From assembly GCA_963845755.1 (NCBI GenBank), contig CAWJTV010000036.1, positions 320,001-384,000 on the forward strand: DNA of 64,000 nt. Reading direction: 5' to 3'. The first letter of the stretch is position 1. Every line of letters starts with the position of its first letter. This document shows, piece after piece, positions 43,334 to 55,358 of this stretch. This stretch comes from an uncultured Planctomycetota bacterium (lineage in GTDB: Bacteria; Planctomycetota; Planctomycetia; Isosphaerales; Isosphaeraceae). Made by a program: the position numbers and the translations under genes. The notes under the pieces are model-generated. The model ran no database searches. It was not told where the DNA came from and was given only the letters and a program-made list of their open reading frames with translations.

Positions 43334-45749
43334 TCAGGAGCCTTCAGGACGCATGGCCTCGATCAGCTCGTTCATCTGCTGATGGATCTGCTCTTCGGTC
43401 CTCCCAATCGCTCGCAACAGGCCGACGTAGTTGGCCCGGCGGATGCGGAACCCCGGGTGTTCGTGCCCGGTCTGGCGCTGGAACGCGATCGAGATCTGCA
43501 CCGCCCGCCGCATCAGGGGCTCGGCCTGGTCCAGGCGGTTGGTGGCCTGGAGCAATCGAGCCAGGTTGTTGAGGTCTCGGGCAACGTCGGGGTGGTCCGG
43601 GCCGTAGCTTTGCTCAGCGATGAGCAGGGCGCGGCGCGATCAGGGGCTCGGCCTGGTCCAGGCGGTTGGTGCCGTAAAGCAACGTCACCAGGTTGTTGAG
43701 TCGGATGGCGACTGTGGGGTGGTCCGGGCCGTAACTGTGCTCATCGATGAGCAGGGCGCGGCGGATCAGGGGCTCGGCCTGGTCCAGGCGGTTGGTGGCC
43801 TGGAGCAATTGAGCCAGGTTGTTGAGGTATCGGGCGACTTCGGGGTGGTCCGGGCCGTAACTGTGCTCAGCGATGAGCAGGGCGCGGCGGTAGAGCGGCT
43901 CGGCCTGATCCAAGCGGTTGGTGGCCTTCAGCAACTGAGCCAGGTTGTTGAGGTCGATGGCGACTGTGGGGTGGTGCGGGCCGTAGCTCCGCTCGGCGAT
44001 CGCCAGCGCCCGACGGAACAGCGGCTCGGCGACACGAAACTGGCCGCGGGCCTGCCAGTACAAAGCGAGTCGATCCATCAATCGGGAGGTCGGCTCGGCG
44101 ATCCCGGCCTCGTCCGCGGACCGGCTGACCGCCTCCGCATGCGCCGCCAGCGGCGTCCAGACCTCCCAGGTGCGGACGTCCTCGAGCTTCGTACTGGCGC
44201 GAAGGCGTTCACCGCGTCCAGGGCAACTTGCAAGATCGCCGTGCGGTTCGTCCGCGGGAATGCGGCCGCGGGTGATCTCCTGGACCAGCCGGTGGACCAG
44301 GACCGCGTCGCCCGAGGTGTCGAATCGCGCCAGCGAGAACCCCGCGAGGCCCGCCAGTGCTTCGCGGGGATCGGGAATCGCTTCAACCAGCGGCGCAGCG
44401 CCGAATAAGGATAGCGAAACGGGCTGTGGAGCGAGCCACGCCAGAACGTCGAGCAGTCTCCGCTCAGCCTCCGCCAACTGGGCGAACGTCGTCTCCCAGG
44501 TCACGGCCACACTGGCCGGGTACTTCATCAGCCGCAGGTCGTGCCAGCGGAGCACCTCGGGGCGCTTGGCCTCCCAGTGCTGGAGGTACTCGGAGAACGA
44601 GAGCCTCAGCTTGTCGATGTGCGCCCCGGCTTGCTCCAACGCCAGGGCCAGGCCGTCCAGCTCCTGGGCGATCGCAGCGGCCCGAGTAGCGTCATCGGCC
44701 GCCTTCCTCCGGTGTGGCGTCCGGTCCAGGAGGAACGCCTCGGCGTCGGCCCGCGCCAGGACGTCCAGCTCCAGCGGCTCGACGCCCGCGCCCCAGTTGC
44801 CGATCCGCGAGGTGATGAGCACGTGACCCTTCTGCAACCGCGCCAGCAGCTCCTCGATCGCCTCGGCGGTTTCCTCGGTGTTGACGTTATCGACGATCAG
44901 CAGCCAACCCGGATTCGCCTCCAGCCAGCCGAGGACCTGCGCCAGTTGCTCGTCGACCGAAGCCGTTTCCACCGACGTCCCCAGCACCGCAGCCAGGTTC
45001 GCCAGATTGGCCATCAGTTCCGCCACCGTGGGTGCCGAGACGAACAGCAGCGCGGTGTAATCACCGGCGTACCTCCAGGCATACTCGACCGCGACTCGCG
45101 TCTTGCCCACGCCACCCAGGCCATGGACGGCCAGCCGGTTCACGATGGCCGTCGCCCGCCCGTCGGGCACGCCGAGCCGGTTGCGGAGGTCGTCGAGGAA
45201 GGCCTCGCGGCCTTTGAAGAGCTTACCGATCGTGGCCAGCGGCAGGTTGCAAGGCTCATGCTCCGGATGCGCCGGCTCCCAGGGGAAGCGCAGCTCGGCG
45301 AGCTCGGCACGGAGCTGGTCGATGCTGGCGAACGCTCGCCAATCCTGGTCGCGCGAGACCTCGGCCCGGTAATCCTTCTGGAGCTGCCGGAGTTCGTCAC
45401 TCTCCCGCTTGTGCCTGTCGAACTTGGTCTTCTCGTCGGCCAGCAGCAAGTACACCGGCTTCTTGAGCTCGCGGGCGAGGTAGTACTCCCACTGGGTGTA
45501 CGAGCGCCGGGGCTGATCGGGCGGACGATCGGACGGCTCGGCGCCGTAGACCCAGCCGATCAGGCAGACGACCGCGTCGCACTGCGCGATCCGCTCCTTC
45601 AGCATCGTGTGGATCTGCTGGAAGGTGAGGTGGAAGAGCTCCTGGTAATCGACCGGATAGCCACGCTTCATAAACGACTTGCTAGCCAACTCGCGATAGC
45701 TTTTCAGGTCGCGGCTGGTGGCGCTGATGAAGATGCGTTCGTTCCGCAT
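43334..45749 (-). CDS. DUF4062 - NB-ARC-like STAND NTPase - TPR protein, copy 1 (frameshifted)
   Basis: RIFISATSRDL...SYTQWEY; Walker A GLGGVGKT; Walker B LLIVDN; LDGLALALEQAG; five 42-aa TPR units. Confidence 0.85.
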
Positions 45750-45969
45750 GGCAAGCCGGTGCCTTCCGACGCGGGAGTCGGCCGGCGCCGCGACCACGCC
45801 CGGGTCGCGGGCGCTTCGGCGGCGATGGGATCGGGGCCGCGTCGGGTTGATTCTACGGCAGGGTCAGGCTGGGAGAAACACGCCAGGGCGTTAACTGAAC
45901 GAGGGGACCCTGGGAAATCCGCTGGATTTTCGAGACGTCGCGTGCCAGACCACCGCGGGTCCGGAGTCC

Positions 45970-46115
45970 CTCGTTCCCACGGTCCCCGTGGGAATGCCGT
46001 CCTCGACGCTCCGCGTCGTCCGACCGGACCGGCAGAGGCGGGAAGGGCTCAGGCGGCAGGGACGCAGAGCGTGGGAACGAGCAAGAAGCCCAGTGTCCCG
46101 CAGCGCACCCTGGGA
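45970..46115. repeat. REP-like palindromic elements homologous to 41583-41895
   Basis: ctcgttcccacggtccccgtgggaa...gcgtgggaacgag; cccagtgtcccgcagcgcaccctggg. Confidence 0.72.
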
Positions 46116-46175
46116 GCGTACTCGCGCCGGAAGTAGAATACGGGGAAGGCTTCCCACGAATGGAGGACTGGGCCG

Positions 46176-46529
46176 ATGCGTGAAACGAAGATCATCAAGA
46201 CTGGCCGCGGGCCGGAGATTGCCGGCACGCGGATCACGGTCTACGACGTCATCGAATACTACAAGACGGGATGGCACCGCGACATGATCGCGGCCATCCT
46301 GAGCCTCAGCTCGCACGAGGTCGAGGCCGCGATCCGGTACATCGAGGAACATCGGGACGAGGTGATGGCGAGCTACGAGAAGAACATGGAGCGGATTCGT
46401 CAGGGCAACCCGCCCGAGCTCCAGGCCAAGCTCGACGCCGGCCATGAACGGTTTCTCGCCATGGTCCGAGAGCGCCGCGAGGCCAAGGAGCGGGAGGGGT
46501 CGGATGCGGGGCATTCTGGCGGACATTAA
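46176..46529 (+). CDS. DUF433 antitoxin-like protein, copy 3
   Basis: PEIAGTRITVYDVIEY..GW....IA..L.LS..EVEAAIRY. Confidence 0.85.
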   Translation: MRETKIIKTGRGPEIAGTRITVYDVIEYYKTGWHRDMIAAILSLSSHEVEAAIRYIEEHRDEVMASYEKNMERIRQGNPPELQAKLDAGHERFLAMVRERREAKEREGSDAGHSGGH

Positions 46530-46912
46530 CGTGGTCGGACAGCAGCGACGCGCTCCTGGCGATCTGGACATCTGACAACTGGCGCGATTTCTGGAATAGC
46601 CTGGGATTGGTCGCGGAAAGCTTCCGGACTCTGGGGTTGTCCCACAACGAATCCGATGCAGTAATCTGGCGAACCTGCCAGCGAGAGGGGCTGGTCTTGA
46701 TCACAGGGAATAGGAACGACGATGGCCCGACTTCCTTGGAGGCGACGATCCGCAATGAGAACCAGCCGGACAGCCTGCCGGTGATCACCATCGGGGACGC
46801 CGATCGCGTGCTTCGAGATCGTATCTATGCCGAGAAGGTCGCCGAGCGGTTGCTCGACTACCTGATGCGGATCGACGAGGTCCGCGGCACGGGGCGGATC
46901 TACGTGCCGTGA
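46504..46912 (+). CDS. DUF5615-like PIN-domain toxin, copy 2 (frameshift near 46550)
   Basis: MRGILADINV... joined to ORF 46607..46912, ending GTGRIYVP like copy 1. Confidence 0.75.
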
Positions 46913-46941
46913 CTCCCCTCGCGGAAGACGGAGGGACGCCG

Positions 46942-47325
46942 ATGTACCGGTTCCGCTGGCGACTGCGAACGTTCATGGTTTTCATCGTCGTGGTCGCCGT
47001 CGAGTTGGGGATCCACGTCGAGTTGAGGCGGCGCGGCCAAGCCTACCGCCAGGCGGCCGAGTATCACCGCAGTGCGAGCTTCCAGCTCGACGGGGACCAT
47101 CGGAGCGGTCTCTGTTCCCGCGGCCGATCGCAGAAGCAGAGGGACGCGGAGGACCCCCGCCAGGCCGCCGAGCGAAAGGCGCCCACGAGGCATCCGAATA
47201 CCACGCCCGGCTGGCCCGGAAATACCAGCGCGCGGCCGAGTGTGCCTGGCTTCCCGTCGTCCCCGACCCGCCACCCCCGCCGGGGAGTTATCCGAAGCTC
47301 GTCTCCGCGGACGACTATTGAGCGG
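46942..47325 (+). CDS. Small planctomycete-type membrane-anchored hypothetical protein (frameshifted; end approximate)
   Basis: MYRFRWRLRTFMVFIVVVAV... and, in another frame, EYHARLARKYQRAAECAWLPVVPDPPPP. Confidence 0.55.
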
Positions 47326-47786
47326 GGTCCTCTCGTCGGGATCCGGCTCGTGCCCCTAGCGCCACACGGATCGGTTGCGCACACGATGACGGCCGATCTC
47401 CGGCGGCCCAACGGGCCGCGGGAGCCCAGCCCCGGGTGAAACCCGGGGGGCGTGACCAGACCCCCCGACCACCGGCGGCCTGAAGGGCCGCAGGCGAGTC
47501 GCCGACACCCCTTCCGTGTGCCCGACGGGGTGCGATGCAATCGAGCCCCGGGGAGGCTCACCGGGCTGGGCTCCCGCGGCTCGTCGGGCCGCCCGAAGAC
47601 GTTCGACAACCTCGGCCACAATGACCCCAACGCCGACCCGCACTCGGACAGCACGATTCGAGTACGCGCGTCGGGTGCTCAACCTAATCGTGGGTCGCTC
47701 TCACTCGACGCGTGCGACAACGTCTCATGTCGAGTGTTCGTGCGGCTGCGGATCCAACGGCGGCCTACCCGAAACGATTCGCGGAG

Positions 47787-49975
47787 TCAGGAGCCTTCGG
47801 GACGCATGGCCTCGACCAGTTCGCTCAACTGCTGCTGGATCTGCTCCTCGGTCTTCCCCATGGCTTGCAGAAGGCCGACGTAGTTGGCCTGGACGGTGCG
47901 GAAGTTTCGGGTGCTCGTGCCCGGTCTGGCGCTGGAATGCGATCAAGATCTGCACCGCCCGCCACATCAGCGGCTGGGCCTGTTCCAGGCGGTTGGTGTC
48001 CTGCAGCAACTGAGCCAGGTTGTTGAGGTCGATGGCGACGTCGGGGTGGTCCGGGCCGTAGCTGGTGCTCATCGATGAGCAGGACGCGGCGATAGAGCGG
48101 CTCGGCCTGTTCCAGGCGGTTGGTGTCCTGCAGCAACGGGCCAGGTTGTTGAGGGCGGTGGCGACGGTTGGGGTGGTCCGGGCCGTAACTCCGCTCGTCG
48201 ATCGCTAGCACCCGACGGAACAGCGGCTCGGCCGAGAGGAACTGGCCGCGGGCTTGCCAGTACAGACCCAGTTGATTCATCAACTGGTCCGTCGGCTCGG
48301 CGATTCCGGCCTCGTCCGCGAACCGGCTGACCGCCCCCGCATGCGCCGCCAGGGGCGTCCAGACCGCCCAGGTGCGGACGTCATCGGCATCGGTCGGGGC
48401 CAAGGCATTCACGGTGTCCAGGGCGACTTGCAGGGCCTCGATGCGCTCGGCCGCGGGGATGCGGCCGCGGGTGATCTCCTGCACCAGCCGGTGGACCTCC
48501 ACGGTGTCGGCCTCGGCCGCGGACCGCACCAGCGAGAATCCTTCCAGGTCCGCCAGGCGGTCCCGCGCCTCGGGCACGGCCGCCGCCAGCGGCTCCGCCT
48601 CGAAAACCCGGAGCGGGATCGGCTCCGGGGCCAGCCAGGACAGCACCTCGAGCAGCCGCCGTCCGCGCGCGCCGACCTGGGAGAAGGTCGTCTCCCAGGT
48701 CGCGGCCACGCTGAGCGGATACCCCATCACCTGCTCGTCATGCCACGTCAGGACGTCGGCCCGCTTCGCCTGCCAGCGCCCGAGATACTCGGCGAAGCTC
48801 AGCCGTAGCTTGTCGATGTAGGCCCCGGCCTGCTCCAGGGCCAGGGCCAGGCCGTCCAGCTCGCGGGCGATCTCGGCGACGCGGGCCGCGTCGTCGGGCT
48901 TGTGGCGGCGGTGCGGGGTCCGCTCGAGCAGGAAGGCGACGGCGTCGGCCTGGTCCAGCAGGTGCAGCCCCAGGGGCTCGACGCCGGCCCGCCAGTTGGC
49001 GATCCGCGAGGTGATCAGGACGTGGCCGGCGCGGAGCTGGGCGAGGAGCCGATGGACCTCCCCGGCGGCCTCCGCGGTGTCGACGTTATCGAGGATCAGC
49101 AGCCAGCCGGGATGGGCGTCGAGCCAGCGGAGGACCTCGGCCAGGCGCGGCTCGACTTCGGTCTGGGCCGTGGCGATCGCCAGCACGCCGACCAGGTCGG
49201 CCAGTCTGGCGCGGAGCTCGGCGGCGGAGGGGGCCGACACGAACAGCAAGGCGGTATAGTCGTCCCCGAACCGCCAGGCGTACTCGATGGCCGCGCGGGT
49301 CTTGCCGACGCCGCCGAGGCCGTGCACGGCCTGTCGGGCGACAATCGCCGTTGCGCGGCCCTTCACGGCGCCGAGCCTGTGCCGCAGGTCGTCCAGGAAC
49401 GCGTCCCGCCCTTTGAATAGCGTGCCCAGCGTTGCATCAGGCAGATTGTTCGGCCTGCGGTCCGGATCACGCACCCGGAAGCCATCGCGGAGCGCCAGGC
49501 GGCAGAGTGCGTCCAGCGATCCGAACGGGTTGCGATCTTCGCCGCTGTTGTGGATCGCGGCGAGAAACGCCTGTTGCAGCTCCGATTGCTCCGCCGTCTG
49601 TTCGGCCGGGGGAGCATGCGCCTTGAGGTAATCCGCCGTCGCCACGTAGACATGGATGTCCTTGCGTGGGGCCTTCGAGCCGTCCAGGCGTTCCCCCAGG
49701 GCGAAGTGATACTCCCACTGCGTATACGATCGCCGTGGCCGTCCCTGGGGCCGAGCTCCTGTCTCCGGCTCGTACCCGTATGCGTCGCCCACCAGGGCGA
49801 TCACGCGGTCGCAGCCGGCGATGTAGGCTTCGAGCTTCTCCAGCAGGGTCCGGCCGTGCTGCTGGAAGTCCTCCTGCACCGTGACCTCGACCCCCACCGC
49901 CCGCAGGTCGCTGGCCAGCGCATTGCGGCAGTCGCGGAACTGGCTCGATACTGCGGACAGGAAGATCTTCATCAT
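47787..49975 (-). CDS. DUF4062 - NB-ARC-like STAND NTPase - TPR protein, copy 2 (frameshifted)
   Basis: KIFLSAVSSQF...SYTQWEY; GLGGVGKT; LLILDN; three TPR units; same C-terminus (..EAMRPEGS*) as copy 1. Confidence 0.85.
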
Positions 49976-50641
49976 TGGGGATGCCCACCCCTCGACCTCG
50001 AGGCGCGACCACGGCGATCTCCCGGTGGAACGTGGCCCCGGCGCTCCATCGGCCGATCAGACCGCTACCACCAGGATATCCAGCTTCGAAATCGGTCGCA
50101 CAATCCGCCATTCGCCCCCGAGGGAACCCACCGCCGGTGCTTCGCTAAACCACAGGCTTTAATTTTTTTCCAAATTTTTTAACCCCCGTCATGGTCGAGA
50201 GTTCGGAAGCAAGACTGAGCAAACGGCGCGATAGGTGCATTTAAGAAAATCAAAAGTTGAGGCATCCTGATAATTAGAGTCACGGATTGTGCGCGCGGGA
50301 GTGGTCCGGCGCCGCTTGTGGCATGATCCCATCCCGCCTTCGCTGACGACTCACCGATGACCCATGACCACGGTTCCAGGCCCCGCCGCAATCTGCGAAC
50401 CGTGACGAGCCAGGCAGGGGAGGCCTCGCTTAAAAGCTGCCACCTTGTGCCATTCTCGGCTATCAATTATTCGCCCGAAATTGAAGAATTCATTGAGGTT
50501 AACTCGACGATGCCGGTGTGGGCCGGCCGACCCCCAGTGCCAACGGCTGTCTCCGCCCGTTTGGCGGTTTTCGTTCGAGAGTCGGAAATGCCGGATCGAG
50601 GCGTCGAGCCGCGGCGCCGTGCATGCAGGGAGCTGCCAACG

Positions 50642-53628
50642 ATGAGCCGATGGTCGATGCGCGTCGCGTTCTGGTGCGTGATCCTCCTGTCCACGGCGAA
50701 CGCCGCGGCCCGTGGCCAGGAACCGGGCAAGGCCGGTGGGTTCACACCGGAAGAGGCGGCAAAGCGGATGGTTGTGCCGGAGGGGTTCCACGTCGAGGTC
50801 TTCGCAGCCGAGCCGATGGTGCGTCAGCCGGTGACCGCCAGCTTCGACGAGCGGGGGCGGCTCTGGGTCGTCGAATACTTGCAGTACCCCAACCCGGCCG
50901 GGCTCAAGCCGGTGACGGTCAACCAGTATCTCCGGACCGAGTACGACAAGATGCCCGAGCCGCCGCCTCGGGGAGTGCGGGGTGCGGACCGGATCAAGAT
51001 CCTGGAGGACACCGATGGCGACGGCCGCGCCGATTCGGTCAAGGTCTTCGCCGAGGGGTTGAACCTGGCCTCGGCGCTGGCCGTCGGGCATGGCGGCGTG
51101 TTCGTCGGCCAGGCACCTTACCTGCTCTTCTACCCCGATCGCGACCACGACGATCGGCCCGACGGCGACCCCGAGGTCATGCTCACGGGGTTCGGGCTCC
51201 AGGACGCACACGCGGTGGTCAACTCGATGACCTGGGGGCCGGACGGCTGGCTGTATGGAGCCCAGGGGAGCACGGTCACCGCCCAGATCCGCGGCTACGG
51301 GTTCCAGCAAGGCATCTGGCGATATCATCCCCGGACCCGCCAGTTCGAGCTCTTCGCCGAGGGGGGCGGCAACACCTGGGGACTCGACTTCGACCTTGCC
51401 GGCAACGCCTTCGGCAGCAGTAACGGCGCGTACATCACCTTTCACATGGTCCAGGGCGGATATTACCTCAAGGGCTTCGCCAAGCACGGACCGCTCCACA
51501 ACCCGCACGCTTATGGCTATTTCGGCCCGATCGCCTACCAGGGGACCAAGCACGGCGGACACGTCACGCCGGGCGGGATCATCTACAAGGGCGACGCGTT
51601 GCCGCCGTCGTTTCGCGGCACCTTCATCGGGGGCAACCTGCTGTCGAACGCCGTCTACTGGCACGTCCTGGAGCGAAAGGGCTCGACGTTCGCCGGCCGG
51701 CACGGTGGGACGCTCATCGATTCTCGCGACCGGTGGTGCCGGCCGATCGACCTCCTCGCCGGGCCCGATGCCGCCATCTATGTTGTGGACTGGTACGACA
51801 AGCGCACCGCCCATCTCGACCCCCGCGACACCTGGGATCGGACCAATGGGCGGATCTATCGCGTGGTCTATGGGACCCGGCGGAAGATCGAGCCCTTCAA
51901 CCTGGCGAAACGGACCTCCACCGAACTCGTCGCCTTGCGGACCAGCACCAACGACTGGTTCCCGGCGGAGGCCCGGCGACATCCTCGCCGAGCGCCGGGA
52001 TCCGTCCATCGTGCCCCTGTTGAAGCGGATGCTGACCTCTGACCGCGACGAGACCGTGGCTCTCCGCGATCTCTGGGCGTTGCATGTCAGCGGCGGGCTC
52101 GACGACGCGACGGCGATGCAGCTCTTGGAGCATCCAGTCGCGGGCGTGAGGCGCTGGACCCTCCGGCTGCTGGGCGACGATCATCGGATGAACCGGGATC
52201 TCCGAGCGAAGCTCGAGGCCCTGGCGACCACGGAGCCCGACGCGATGGTCCGAAGCCAGCTCGCGTCGAGTTGCCAGCGATGGGAGGCCAACGACGCACT
52301 GTCGATCCTGGACGGACTGGTCCGGCATGACGAGGATCTTCAGGATCCCTATATCCCAAACCAGGTCTGGTGGGCATTCGAGCGACAATTGCGACAGGAT
52401 CGCGACGCGGTGATCGCCCTGCTGTGTACGGCGGACCTGGCCCACACCCCCCTGCTCCGCGTCGCAGTGCTCGAGCGCGTGGCACGGGCCCTGGCGTCGG
52501 ACGGTTCCGACGGCGACTACGGGGCGTTGGCCCGCCTGTTGGCGGCCGCGCACGGACCGGATTCGGTCGCTCGGATCCTGACCGGGATGGAGAAAGGACT
52601 TGAGGGCCGGAAGCTCGCGCGGACGCCCACGCCGCTCGTCGAGCCCCTGGCGCGGATCTGGTCCGCGGGGCAACCTGCACCGGGCGCGGACCTGATCCGC
52701 CTGGCCGCCCGGATGGGGGATGCTCCGGCGATCGAGGCGGCGGTCCGCAAGGCTCGCGACTCGCGCCGCCCCGTCCGACCGGATCACCATGATCGAGCTC
52801 CTCGGCCAGCTCGGCCGATTCGACGACCTTTCCACTCTCCTCGAGATCCTCAACCGTGACCCGAATGCGACCATCCAGCTCGCCGCGGTTGCTGCATTGG
52901 GGGGTTACTCCCAGCCGACGATTGCTCAACCGCTGATTGAACGCTACCGGTCGGCCACGGCCAGCATTCGCGCCAGGATCCTGGGATTACTCGGCACCCG
53001 ACGGCCGTGGGCTGCCGCCTTGCTGGATGCGATCGAGCGCCGACAGATCGCCGCGAAGGACTTGAGCGCCGCGAACGTCCAGCTCATCGCGCGGTTGTCC
53101 GACCCGGCACTGCTGGCCCGGCTGGAGGCCGCCTGGGGAAAGATCCCCCGCGTGGGCTCGCCCGAGAAGAAGCAGCGGATCGCCGAGATCCGCGGCCTGC
53201 TCCCCGAGGGCGATAAGGGAAACGCCGCGCGCGGCAAGCCGATCTTCAAAGAGAACTGCGCCGTCTGCCACAAGCTCTTCAACGAGGGGGAATCGATCGG
53301 TCCGGATCTCACCGGTTCCGAGCGCGGCGACCTCGATTTCCTCATGGCCAGCCTGGTGGATCCCAGCGCGCTGGTCCGCAAGGAGTACCAGTCCCAGACG
53401 CTCGCCCTCCGCGACGGCCGGGTCTTGACCGGACTGGTCGTCAACGAGAACGACCGGTCTTTGACACTGGTCGACAGCAACCGACAGAAGACGGTCATCC
53501 CTCGGGAGGCGGTCGAGGAGGCCAAGGCGTCGGAGGTCTCGCTCATGCCGGAGGGTCTGCTCGACAAACTGACCGAGCCGCAGATCCGCGACCTGTTCCG
53601 ATACGTCCAGAGCTCGGGCGGGCGTTGA
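50642..53628 (+). CDS. PVC-type heme-binding CxxCH protein (membrane-bound dehydrogenase-like propeller + HEAT repeats + cytochrome c), two frameshifts
   Basis: VPEGFHVEVFAAEP, FDERGRLWV, WGPDGWLY, RPIDL..GPD..IYVVDWY, CAVCH, IGPDLT, SLMPEGL. Confidence 0.88.
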
Positions 53629-53759
53629 GGTGGCCCAGCGAGCATACCCGCCAGCCGCAAAAACGAATCACCGTGGTGCTGGATCAGCCAATTTCTACAC
53701 TTGCCGAATTCGTGAATCTGTGCAGTCCTCACCGTAGTCTCGCACCTGGCGGTCCATCA

Positions 53760-55203
<1,444 letters not shown>

Positions 55204-55358
55204 GGGTTCGATGGCTAGGGCCTGTGTCGCGCCATCCTCGCCGAGGGGGGTATCCGGCCCTTGTAAGGTGGGTGAAACCCACCGGCATCGGGGGGCCGAT
55301 CCTCGTTGGGTTTCACCCACCCTACGGGGAGGCGCTGATCGTCACCGGCCCGTCGCAA

